From the NCBI GenBank assembly GCA_965204755.1, contig OZ242011.1:608001-672000 (forward strand): 64,000 nucleotides of DNA. Reading direction: 5' to 3'. The position numbers and the translations under genes are program-made. The first letter of the stretch is position 1. Each line of letters begins with the position of its first letter. Below are positions 22,768 to 32,003 of this stretch, one piece after another. This DNA comes from Candidatus Marinacidobacterium sp. Lineage in GTDB: Bacteria; Acidobacteriota; Vicinamibacteria; Marinacidobacterales; Marinacidobacteraceae. Below the pieces are notes generated by a model. It ran no database searches, was not told the origin of the DNA, and was given only the letters and a program-made list of their open reading frames with translations.

Positions 22768-24228
22768 TCACCCGTGGAGCGGCGTCCCCAGCGCGGCGAG
22801 GGCCGCTTCGGACACCGCTTCGGAGAGCGTGGGGTGCGGATGGATGCTCCCGGCCAGCGACTCGAGGGTCGCCTCGTGCTCGAGCGCGACCACCGCCTCG
22901 GTGATCAGGTCGGTGGCGTGGGGGCCGACGATGTGGACGCCGAGCACCTCCCCGTACTCGGCCTCCGCGACCACTTTCACGAAACCGGTGAGATCGCCGA
23001 GGATGTTGGCCTTGCTGTTCGCGGCGAAGCGGGAGCGCCCCACCCGGAGCGAGTGGCCGGCGGCGGCCGCGGCCTCCTCGGTGAGCCCCACCGAGCCCAC
23101 TTCGGGCGCCGAATAGGTCGCCGCGGGGATGCGGTCGGCGCGGACGGCGCGGCGGGGACGGCCGGCGATGGCGGCCACCGCCGCCTCCGCCTCCGCCGAG
23201 GCGGCGTGGGCGAGTTGGGCGCTCCGCACCACATCGCCGACGGCGAAGACCCCGGCCGCCGCCGTCCGTCCGGTCCCGTCCACTTCCAGGAAGCCGCCCG
23301 GCCCCGGCGCGAGGCCGACCGTATCCAGCCCCAGGTCCTCCGTCCGGGGCGTGCGCCCCACCGCGACCAGCAGCCGGTCGTAAGCCGCTTCCTCCTCGCT
23401 CCCGCCGACGCGGTAGCGGAGGCGGACGCCGTCCGGCCCGGTCTCGGCGGCCTCGACCCGCGCCCCGGTGAGCACCCGGATGCCGCGCTTCCGGAAGGCC
23501 GCCTCCACCGCCGCGGAGACCTCGGCGTCCTCGAGCGGCAGCGCCCGCGGCAGGGCCTCGAAGAGGTCCACCTCGGACCCGAAACTCCGGAACATGGAGG
23601 CGAACTCCGCCCCGACCGCTCCGGCGCCGATGACGCCGAGCCGCGCCGGACACTCCGGCAGGCGGAACATCTCGGCGTTGGTGAGCGCGCGCTCCCCGTC
23701 GAGCGGGAGGAACGGCAGCGACCGCGCGGCGGAGCCGGTGGCGATGACGATGTTCTTCGCCCGGAGGACGAACCGATCCCCTTCCGGCGGGGTGACTTCG
23801 ATCCGGCCCGGGCCGGCGAGCCGCCCGTAGCCGCGGACCGCGGCGACGCCCGCCCGCTTCAGCAGGAAGGCGACGCCCCCGGCCAACTTGGAGATGACCC
23901 GCCGATTCCGGCGGAGGAGACCGTCCCAGTCGAGTTCCGGAGGCGCGGCCCGGACGCCGTGGGTCCCGGCGGCGCGGATCGAGTCCAGCAGTTCCGCGGC
24001 GTGGAGGAACACCTTGCTGGGGATGCAGCCGACATGGAGGCAGGTCCCGCCGAACCGCTCGTCCTTTTCCACGACCGCGGCGCGGAGCCCGGCCGCCGCC
24101 GCGCGGAGCGCCGCGACATACCCGCCGGGCCCGCTGCCGATGACCGCGACATCGAATTCGGCGGGGACTTCGGCCGGCGAATCGCCGGGCGCGCCCGGGG
24201 AGCGAGGAGCGGCGGCGGTTTCGGTCAT
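22768..24228 (-). CDS. lpdA: Dihydrolipoyl dehydrogenase (E3)
   Basis: GSGPGGYVAA, GGTCLHVGCIPSK, ATGS, GAGAVG and HPHPTLSE. Confidence 0.94.
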   Translation of the reverse strand: MTETAAAPRSPGAPGDSPAEVPAEFDVAVIGSGPGGYVAALRAAAAGLRAAVVEKDERFGGTCLHVGCIPSKVFLHAAELLDSIRAAGTHGVRAAPPELDWDGLLRRNRRVISKLAGGVAFLLKRAGVAAVRGYGRLAGPGRIEVTPPEGDRFVLRAKNIVIATGSAARSLPFLPLDGERALTNAEMFRLPECPARLGVIGAGAVGAEFASMFRSFGSEVDLFEALPRALPLEDAEVSAAVEAAFRKRGIRVLTGARVEAAETGPDGVRLRYRVGGSEEEAAYDRLLVAVGRTPRTEDLGLDTVGLAPGPGGFLEVDGTGRTAAAGVFAVGDVVRSAQLAHAASAEAEAAVAAIAGRPRRAVRADRIPAATYSAPEVGSVGLTEEAAAAAGHSLRVGRSRFAANSKANILGDLTGFVKVVAEAEYGEVLGVHIVGPHATDLITEAVVALEHEATLESLAGSIHPHPTLSEAVSEAALAALGTPLHG

Positions 24229-24491
24229 GGCGGAGAGCGGGCGCCGGGAGGGGCGGCCGAAGGCGCTCCGCCGGGGGGCGGAATGGTAGGCGCGGCGGGG
24301 GAGGGCGGCCGGGCGCTTTCTCCGCCGGCCGCTTTCTCCGCCGGCCGCCGGCGCGGCGCGCCCGGGGAAGCGGAGGGGCGCGGAATTCAGCCCGGCGACT
24401 GGTAACATGGCCTTTGCGCGCCGGTTCGGCGCCGCGCCGATCCGCCTGCTCCGGCGGGAAGGCCGTCGCCGGAATCGGGAGCGCCGAGCCC

Positions 24492-25175
24492 ATGACCCGA
24501 CGAGAATCCGCCGGGACGCCGGAAGAGTCGAACGACTCGGGCGGCGCCGCGGCGGCGACCTCCAAGCCGACCGCCCGGAAGGGCGGAGACGGCGGGGAGG
24601 CGGCGCGCGCCCCGCAGCGGCGCCGCCCGGAGTCCTTCCTCGCGCACCGGCGGGGCGCCGCCGCGGCGCCGCCGGCCCCCGCCGAGACGCCGGAGGAACC
24701 GGCGCCGGAGTTCGAGCCGGTCACCCTCGGGGACGACGACGAGCCCGGGGAGCCGGGCAAGGACCGGAGCCCGGAGCGGGCGGCGCAGCGGGCGCGGCTG
24801 CAGAAGGAACTCGACGCCGCCCCGCTCACCCGCCACCTGGGCCTCCGGCTGGACTACGCGGACAACGGCGTCTCCCGGGTCCGCCTTCCCGCCGGCGAGG
24901 GCGACACCGACCCCGGCCCGCTGGAGGGCGGGGTGGTGGGAACCGCCTGCGCCGCCGCCGGCCACTTCGCCGCCGCTTCGCTGGCGCCGGGCGTGGGCAT
25001 CCGCCTGGTGGAGTTCAAGATCAGCCTGCTCGGGCCGATCCAGGGGGACATGCTGGCGATCGGCGAGGTCGTGCGGAAGGGCCGCACCCTGATCGCCGCC
25101 CGGATGGAGGTCGTGGAGGACAACGACCGCGTGGTGGCCGTCGCCCTGGCCACCTACTTCCTGCAGCACCCGTAG
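24492..25175 (+). CDS. PaaI-family hotdog thioesterase-like protein with a long disordered N-terminus
   Basis: PLTRHLG, GPLEGGVVGT, VEFKISLLGP and GEVVRKGRT hotdog-fold pattern. Confidence 0.7.
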   Translation: MTRRESAGTPEESNDSGGAAAATSKPTARKGGDGGEAARAPQRRRPESFLAHRRGAAAAPPAPAETPEEPAPEFEPVTLGDDDEPGEPGKDRSPERAAQRARLQKELDAAPLTRHLGLRLDYADNGVSRVRLPAGEGDTDPGPLEGGVVGTACAAAGHFAAASLAPGVGIRLVEFKISLLGPIQGDMLAIGEVVRKGRTLIAARMEVVEDNDRVVAVALATYFLQHP

Positions 25176-25240
25176 CGGCCCGGGCCGGCGCGGGCGCGGC
25201 GGACCGGCGATGACGCCGGCGATGACGCCGGGCCGTCAGG

Positions 25241-26125
25241 TCAGCGCCACCAGTCGTCGTAGGGCGTCACGGGGCCGCGGCGCTTGTGTTCGGTGGCCGC
25301 GTGGATCCGTTCGATCCGCTCGGCGGCCCCGGCCGGGACCGGGCGGCCCTCCAGCCAGTCGTCCATCTCCCGGTAGGTCAGACCCAGCGCGTCCTCGTCG
25401 GGGACGCCGGGCCGAAGGTCCTCCAGGTCCGCGGTCGGCGTCTTCTCCACGAGGGCGGCGGGGGCGCCCAGGTGGCGGGCGAGGAGCCGCACCTGGCGCT
25501 TGGAGAGTCCGAACAGGGGCGCCACATCGGCGGCCCCGTCCCCGAACTTGGTGAAAAAGCCCACCAGCGCCTCGGCCGAGTGGTCCGTCCCCACCACCAG
25601 CCCGCCGCCCAGGTTCGCCAGGTGGTACTGCGCCGCCATCCGCATCCGCGCCTTGGTGTTGCCCCGCGCGAAGTCCCGGTCGGCCTCCGGCCGGCCGGCG
25701 GTTTCCCGGCCCGGCAGGGACGCCTCGAGCGCCCGGACGGCGGCGGCGATGTCCACGGTCGCGACCTCGGTCGGCCGCATCCATTCGAGCGCCCGCTCGG
25801 CGTCGGCGGCGTCGCGCTGCCTCCCGTAGGGCAGCCGGAGCGCGAGGAAGGAGTAGTCCGGAGCGGCCCCGCTCCCGCCCCGGTCGCCGCCGGCGGCCTC
25901 GTCCTCCCCGGCGGCGCGGAGTTCCGCGACGGCCAGCGAGCAGAGCCGGCCGGCCACGGCGGAGTCCACGCCGCCGGACACCGCGAGGAGCAGCCGGCGC
26001 TGCCCGGACGCCCGCAGGTAGTCGGCGAGGAACCGCGCGCGGCGGCGCGCTTCCCGCTCCGGCTCGATCTCGGGGAGCGCCCGGAACCGTTCCCGGACCG
26101 CCGCCGGGCAAATCCGCTCCTCCAT
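25241..26125 (-). CDS. nadE: NH3-dependent NAD+ synthetase
   Basis: SGGVDS, LRLPYG, GNTKARMRM, VVGTDHSAE, GFFTKFGDG and KTPTADLE. Confidence 0.93.
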   Translation of the reverse strand: MEERICPAAVRERFRALPEIEPEREARRRARFLADYLRASGQRRLLLAVSGGVDSAVAGRLCSLAVAELRAAGEDEAAGGDRGGSGAAPDYSFLALRLPYGRQRDAADAERALEWMRPTEVATVDIAAAVRALEASLPGRETAGRPEADRDFARGNTKARMRMAAQYHLANLGGGLVVGTDHSAEALVGFFTKFGDGAADVAPLFGLSKRQVRLLARHLGAPAALVEKTPTADLEDLRPGVPDEDALGLTYREMDDWLEGRPVPAGAAERIERIHAATEHKRRGPVTPYDDWWR

Positions 26126-26411
26126 GGCGCCGGTCTCGATTCTACGGGCCGGAGCGCGGGGCGCCCCGGGAACCGGCTGCATCCACGAAACCGGAGACCG
26201 TCCTTGACGGAATACCGAATCCGTATCCGTTTTTCCGTATCTCCGGTCAGAAGTCCGACGCACGATCGCCTAACTCCATGATTCATAGGAGATAACCGAT
26301 CCGCTCCGCGACAGTGTTCGTCGGTTCGCCCCTTGCTATCCTCCCGACGCGAACTTTCCGGGGGCATTTCCCCATTCCGCGTCGCGCCTCTATCAGGAGG
26401 GCATCGAACCC

Positions 26412-29252
26412 ATGAAGCGACCCATCCAGCGGCTGCTGGCGGCAGCCGCTCTCATTTTCCTTCCGGCGGCGCTCCACGCGCAGACCACCGCCGGCCGCCT
26501 CGACGGCGCCGTCCAGGACCCGCAGGGCCTCGCCCTTCCGGGGGTCTCGGTGACCCTCGAATCGCCGGCGCTCCTCGGCAGCCGGGTGGCCACCACCGAT
26601 GTGGACGGCTCCTACCGGTTCCTCGGGCTCCCGGCGGGCGACTACACGATGACCTTCGAACTCTCCGGCTTCGGCACGCTGGTGCGCGAAGGCGTCACCG
26701 TGGTGACCGGCCAGACCTTCAGCGTGAATGTCGAACTCGGCGTCGCCGCCGTGGCAGAGACGGTGACGGTGACCGGCGAGTCTCCCGTCGTCGATGTGAA
26801 GTCCACCCGACTCGGCGGGACTTTCGACGACACCGCGATCCTCGAGGTCCCGAACTCCACCGACCCGCACGCCATGCTCGCGCTCACGCCGGGCATCCGG
26901 ATGCGCGGTTTCGATATCGCGGGCTCCCACAAGGCCCAGCAGTCCGGCTTCGACGCCTTCGGCCTCCGCAGCCAGAACCGCATCGTCATCGACGGCGTGG
27001 ACTCCAACTTCTCGACGGGCGGCTTCGGCTTCTACATGGACAGCCTCACGGTCAACCAGTTCAACATCTCGAACGCCGGGGCCGATGTGGAGAACGCCTG
27101 GGCCGGCAACACCATCGTGATGGACATCAAGACCGGCGGGAACGACCTTTCGACCCTGCTGTACGCCGATTACCTCACGGAAGGGTTCGTGGGGGACAAC
27201 CTCACTTCCGACCTCGAAGCGCGAGGGGCGTCCACGAACAAGATGCTCACTTACTGGGAGGGCCATGTCGACATCGGAGGACCGATCTGGCGCGACAGGG
27301 CCTGGTTCTTCCTCGCCTACAACAACAATGTGACCGAGCGCGCCATCAGTGGCGTGACCGGACTCAACGAAGAGGCGATCCTCCGCAACTACTACACCAA
27401 GGTCAACATCGCGCTCACCGAGAAGGACGAATTGATCGGGTACAGCCAGTGGGGCCTCAAGAACCGGCCCAACCGCGGCGTCAACTCGCTGAACTCGATC
27501 GATGTGCGCCTCGCCCAGGATTCATGGACCTGGGTGCATAAGGCCGAATGGCAGCGGGTTTGGTCGGACCGGGCGTTCTCGAATGTCAAGGCGATGTACT
27601 ACGGCGTGACCTGGCCGATGGTGCCGGCGGTGGATCCGGGCACCAATCCGCCGCGCGTGGACCTCGACACCTCCCGCCGAATCGGCGCCGGCGTGTGGCC
27701 CTTCACCTACGACAAGACCCGGCCGCAGGCCGTCGCGATCCTCAACTACTACCTGCCGACCACGAGCGCCGGCAGCCACGACCTGAAGTTCGGCGTGGAC
27801 TACATGGAAGACTCGCGATTGTTCTTCTCGAACGACGCCTCCGGAAACATCCAGTACCGCGATCGAGGCGACCAAGTGGAGGAAATCCTGTTCGTGAACA
27901 CACCGACGCCGGTTTCCGACACGCGCGACCGGAACCTCCACTTCTTCGCCCAGGATGTGTGGCAGGTCAACCCCCGGCTGACGATCACGGCGGGAATCCG
28001 CATCGCCAACCAGCACGGCTACTACAACCCGGCCAGCCTCGACCCGGCGCATCCGGAGTTCTTCCTCACCGGCGAGATCCCGGGCAAGGACATCTTCACC
28101 TGGAACGACTTCTACCCGCGGTTCGCCGCGACCTTCGACCCCACGGGGAGCGGACGGACGGTGATCAAGGCGTCCGCGAGCCGCTATACGCACAATGTCG
28201 GCCCCGACGGCTTCGTAAGCGCGAATCCCGCGGCGCGGCACCAGGTCGTCTTCCAATTCCTCGATCCCAACGGGAACAGGATCTACGACGGCCAGAACGA
28301 ACTCGGGGAGATCGTCAGCCAGTCCACCGGGTCGGGACTTCCGGTCGGCCGCATCGAAGGCGGCACTCCGGTGGACCTGAACACGAAGAGGTACTACGAC
28401 GAAATCACCGCCTCCATCGAGAGCGAGATCGTCCCGGAGACGAACCTGCGCCTCTCCTATGTGCGGAAGATGGACCGGAATGTGTTCGACACCTACCAGG
28501 TGGGCTGGTTGAACGCGATCCGCACGAGCCCGGTCGCCTGCGGTGACGAAGTATTCCCCTGCCCGACCAACGCGAACACCGGCGCGGAGATCACATCCAT
28601 CGTTCGCCCGCCGGAGGGAACGGCGTCGGCGAACGAAGTCACTACCGGGCCGGACGGACTCGACGGCAACGAGTGGGACAACTTCGAAGTCGGACTCGCC
28701 CGCCGGTTCCGGAGCGGCCTCTTCCTGCAGGGGAGTTTCCACTACCAGTGGCGGAATGAACTCGTCTGCTGCGGCGCCACTTCGAGCGCCGACACCCAAG
28801 CCGACCCGTGGTCGCTCGGCATCCAGGGCGGCGGTCTGAACTACAACTCGGCCGTCGACACGAAGCAGCAGCACACGAATTGGAACGCCAAGGCGATCGG
28901 CCGCTACGAGTTGCCCCGGGTTCCGGCGGCGCTGTCCTTCCAGTACCGCGCGCAGAGCGGCTGGGCCTACGCCCCGTATCAGTCGGTTGTCGTTCCGGGC
29001 GGGGGAAGGAACAGCATCCCCCTCTCGGACATGGACCTGCGCTCGGACAATGTGTTCATCCTCGACCTGCGCGCCGAAGTCAACCTTTCCTTCTGGGAAC
29101 GGGACCGCCTGTCCCTGTTCTTCGACGCCTTCAATGTGACGAACTCCAACCCGGTGCTGAACTTCAACACGCAGGCCGGGCCGGCGTACGAGAACATCTT
29201 CGGTTTCCTCGAGCCCCGCACCTTCAAGATCGGCGCCCGCTACCAGTTCTAG
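26412..29252 (+). CDS. TonB-dependent receptor with N-terminal carboxypeptidase-regulatory-like domain
   Basis: AGGAGG RBS, signal peptide, DPQGLALPGVSVT, ETVTVTGESPVVD, FAQDVWQV and C-terminal PRTFKIGARYQF. Confidence 0.88.
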   Translation: MKRPIQRLLAAAALIFLPAALHAQTTAGRLDGAVQDPQGLALPGVSVTLESPALLGSRVATTDVDGSYRFLGLPAGDYTMTFELSGFGTLVREGVTVVTGQTFSVNVELGVAAVAETVTVTGESPVVDVKSTRLGGTFDDTAILEVPNSTDPHAMLALTPGIRMRGFDIAGSHKAQQSGFDAFGLRSQNRIVIDGVDSNFSTGGFGFYMDSLTVNQFNISNAGADVENAWAGNTIVMDIKTGGNDLSTLLYADYLTEGFVGDNLTSDLEARGASTNKMLTYWEGHVDIGGPIWRDRAWFFLAYNNNVTERAISGVTGLNEEAILRNYYTKVNIALTEKDELIGYSQWGLKNRPNRGVNSLNSIDVRLAQDSWTWVHKAEWQRVWSDRAFSNVKAMYYGVTWPMVPAVDPGTNPPRVDLDTSRRIGAGVWPFTYDKTRPQAVAILNYYLPTTSAGSHDLKFGVDYMEDSRLFFSNDASGNIQYRDRGDQVEEILFVNTPTPVSDTRDRNLHFFAQDVWQVNPRLTITAGIRIANQHGYYNPASLDPAHPEFFLTGEIPGKDIFTWNDFYPRFAATFDPTGSGRTVIKASASRYTHNVGPDGFVSANPAARHQVVFQFLDPNGNRIYDGQNELGEIVSQSTGSGLPVGRIEGGTPVDLNTKRYYDEITASIESEIVPETNLRLSYVRKMDRNVFDTYQVGWLNAIRTSPVACGDEVFPCPTNANTGAEITSIVRPPEGTASANEVTTGPDGLDGNEWDNFEVGLARRFRSGLFLQGSFHYQWRNELVCCGATSSADTQADPWSLGIQGGGLNYNSAVDTKQQHTNWNAKAIGRYELPRVPAALSFQYRAQSGWAYAPYQSVVVPGGGRNSIPLSDMDLRSDNVFILDLRAEVNLSFWERDRLSLFFDAFNVTNSNPVLNFNTQAGPAYENIFGFLEPRTFKIGARYQF

Positions 29253-29274
29253 ACCGGCGCCGGCAACCACCTCA

Positions 29275-29304
29275 CGGGCGGCGGGCCTCCGGGCCCGCCG
29301 CCCG
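29275..29304 (+). terminator. Perfect 13-bp GC hairpin after the TonB receptor gene
   Basis: cgggcggcgggcc-tccg-ggcccgccgcccg; no clear U-tract. Confidence 0.5.
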
Positions 29305-29442
29305 ATCTACATCAGGCGCCCGCCGGCGGACGCCGAATCGTGACAGCGGGGGAATCCGAGACTTCGACGGACCCCCGGCGAATCCCGCCGGCCGCCTCCG
29401 ACGAGCGGCGCATCGAGCCGGTGCGGAATCGGGCCCGCGCAC

Positions 29443-29619
29443 ATGTCCGGCGAGTCGGAGGAGCGCATCAACACGCGTAATCGCGAAGTTTCGGACTCCG
29501 CCACCACCCGGATGGAGCGAATGGCCCGTCGGTACGACCTCATGGTCGGTGCGCTCTTCGCCGCCGCGCTCGGTGCCACTGTCACTGTCCCTCGCCGTGG
29601 GTTCGTCGGGCGCTTCTGA
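29443..29619 (+). pseudogene. Truncated paralog of the coiled-coil membrane protein at 19966-20655
   Basis: MSGESEERINTR...RMERMARRYDLMVGALFAAALGATVTV aligns by eye with ...RMDRIARRYDVLVVTLLVTLLGAAFTV. Confidence 0.6.
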
Positions 29620-29837
29620 CAGCCCGCGGAGAAAGCCCCGTGCCCTCCCCTTCTCGAACGGAGGACCCGAGAGTGCCCCGTAGGGTCTCTCAGCGGGCGC
29701 GTTCTCCACGGGCAGGCGGCGCGAATCGCTGCGCGGTCCCCCCACCGTCCTTGGCGGGGGAGGGAACCCCCTCCCCATGCACCTCGGCGGCGCTTCGCGC
29801 CGACCGGAGCTCTCGATCGGACCTTTTCCGCGGGCCG
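29620..29837. mobile_element. MITE-like element copy 3 (diverged, 218 bp)
   Basis: cagcccgcggagaaag...ccttttccgcgggccg termini; shares gcgcgaatcgctgcgcg and ggcgcttcgcgccgac with the other copies; sits exactly between two convergent TGA stops. Confidence 0.7.
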
Positions 29838-32003
29838 TCAGCGGCGGCGCAGGGCGAGGACGGCTTCGTTCTCCGGGTCGAGGGCGTAGGCGCGGTCGAG
29901 GAGGCGCGCCGCTTCCTCTTCGTCGCCCTCGACCAGCCGCACGGTGGCGAGCAGGACGAGGAGGGAGGCGTCCGGCGGGCGCAGCGACAGCGCGCGGGTG
30001 AGCGGCGCCGCCGCGGTCTCGAAGGCGCCGGAGCGCACCAGCGCCTCGCCCAGCCGGCGGGCGGTGAGGTAGCGGTCGGGGTCCGCCTCGAAGAGCGGCC
30101 GGAGGAGGTCGGCCGCCGCGCCCGGTTCGTCGTCCTCCAGCAGTCGGGCGGCGAGGAAGTCGCGCGCCTCGGCCAGGTTCGGGCCGTTCGCGAGCGCCGC
30201 CTCGGCGTAGCCGCGGGCGTAGGCCGCGTTCCCCAGCGCGAGCCACTGGCGCGCGCGGGCCAGTTCGGCGACGCCGCCCAACTCGACACGGAGTTCCCCG
30301 AGGCCGCCGTCCACCGCCGGCCGGGGGACGGCGGCCCGCGGGGTGATCGAGAAGGGAACCTCCCGCCGCGCCAACTCGGCGCCCGCGCGGGCGACCAGCC
30401 GGACCGCCGCGCGGTACCTCCCGGCGGGCAGGTCCCCGAGCGGCTGCCGGATCACCAGCGGCCCTTCCCGGCCGGCCTCGGCGGGGGTCTCGCCGGCGGC
30501 GCGGGCCTCCCGGCGGCCCGCTCCGGAGTCCGCGCCGCCCGGCGTTGGCTCGTCCGCGGGGTCGTCCGCGGGGTCGTCCGCAGGGGCGATCTCCCAGACC
30601 ACGCGGGCGCCCTCCGGGGCGTTCAGCGGCTCCGAGAGGAGCACCAGATCCCCGGCGGCCGGATAGACCGCCTGGGGATTCGGCTGCAGGCGCAGGCGGC
30701 CGAAGCGGTAGCCCCGATACCGGGGTTCGCCGCCGAGGAGTTCGCTCCCGGAAGCGAGCACCGGCTCGGTGAGCGACGGCCGGTCGAATTGCAGTTCCGG
30801 GACGGAGAGCGGGCCTTCGTGGAGGGTGTAGGCGCGGCGGCAGTCCGCTTCCTCCCGGCTCGCGCAGGCGCGGTTCCGGACGATGACGCGCAGCCGGTAG
30901 TCGCCGGGAATCACCGGCGCCGCGCCCCGGAAGCGGAACGGACGGGTCAGCGCCGCCGACTCGTCTTCGCCGATGGAGAAGTACGACTCCGCCCGTTCCG
31001 AGTAGAGGATCGTCTCTCCTTCGTCGACAGAGTCGTCGGGGGGAGTCCGCGTGACTTCGATCGAGGCGATGAAGACGGCGCCGTAACGCCCGAGGTCCGG
31101 GTCGCGGACGACGATGACGGAAGCGGGCGGCAGTTCGACCGCCCAGTGGACGAAGTAACCGCCGGGCCCGGGCAGGACCTGGTGGAAACCGACGCTCGGC
31201 ACATAGTGGAAGAGGTAGTCGCTCTCGATGGTTTCGAGGTCGAACCGTTCCGCGTAACTCGTGTCCAGCCGGTAGGTGGGCGCGCCGCGGATCTCGTCGA
31301 GCAGCGAGATCGTCCCGAAACCGCGCAGGTCGCTGAAGTTCGTTCCTTCGTCGGTGCGGAAAGAGAGCGCCGCGGAGGCGAGTTCGGGACTGACCTCCGC
31401 GAGGTCGTTGTAGGCGTCCTCCAAGTTGTAGCGGAAGTCACCGGGACGGAACGCGCGGTATCCCGACAGCAGGGCTTCCGGGCCGTCCTCGATCGGGCTG
31501 TAGAGACGCATCTCCCCGGCGCCGAACCGGCGGAAGAACAGGAGGTGGAAGAACGCGGGGAGCCCGTAGTCGCGCAGCGCGGAGTCGTTGTAGAACCACA
31601 GTTCGATCGGGTAGAGCGCGTCGGAGTGGGAATAGTCCTCCTTGGTCCGGGGCGGGCCGAGCACGATGTGGAACCGGCCGCGGTCCGTCCGCCGGCCGGC
31701 GCGGCCGGTGTCCCGTCCGTAGAACTCGTCGGCGTATTCGATCCGGGCGTAGTGTTCGTCGCGGAACTCGTTCTCCGGCGTGGTCGGGTTCGGATCGCGG
31801 CGCTGCCAGAAGGCTTCGATGAACGCGTCGCGGGTTTCCTCGCCGGAGAGCGACCGGAAGGCTTCGCGCTCGGTTTCCGAGGCGATGTATGCGACCTCCT
31901 CTTCGAGCCAGCGCCGGTGGCGCTCGGTCATCCCGGCGGATTGGGCTCCGGCGGACGCCGGCGCCAGCGCGAGCGCGGCGCAGACGGCGGCGGGGAGCCT
32001 CAT
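29838..32003 (-). CDS. GWxTD-domain protein with C-terminal TPRs
   Basis: Signal peptide, WLEEEVAYI, FIEAFWQRRDPNP, NEFRDEHYARIEYA and GRRTDRGRFHIVLGPP. Confidence 0.85.
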   Translation of the reverse strand: MRLPAAVCAALALAPASAGAQSAGMTERHRRWLEEEVAYIASETEREAFRSLSGEETRDAFIEAFWQRRDPNPTTPENEFRDEHYARIEYADEFYGRDTGRAGRRTDRGRFHIVLGPPRTKEDYSHSDALYPIELWFYNDSALRDYGLPAFFHLLFFRRFGAGEMRLYSPIEDGPEALLSGYRAFRPGDFRYNLEDAYNDLAEVSPELASAALSFRTDEGTNFSDLRGFGTISLLDEIRGAPTYRLDTSYAERFDLETIESDYLFHYVPSVGFHQVLPGPGGYFVHWAVELPPASVIVVRDPDLGRYGAVFIASIEVTRTPPDDSVDEGETILYSERAESYFSIGEDESAALTRPFRFRGAAPVIPGDYRLRVIVRNRACASREEADCRRAYTLHEGPLSVPELQFDRPSLTEPVLASGSELLGGEPRYRGYRFGRLRLQPNPQAVYPAAGDLVLLSEPLNAPEGARVVWEIAPADDPADDPADEPTPGGADSGAGRREARAAGETPAEAGREGPLVIRQPLGDLPAGRYRAAVRLVARAGAELARREVPFSITPRAAVPRPAVDGGLGELRVELGGVAELARARQWLALGNAAYARGYAEAALANGPNLAEARDFLAARLLEDDEPGAAADLLRPLFEADPDRYLTARRLGEALVRSGAFETAAAPLTRALSLRPPDASLLVLLATVRLVEGDEEEAARLLDRAYALDPENEAVLALRRR

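Noticed and set aside
30548-30582. 12-bp x3 repeat (DDPA) in the GWxTD gene
   Set aside because: An in-frame linker expansion with no sign of separate function.
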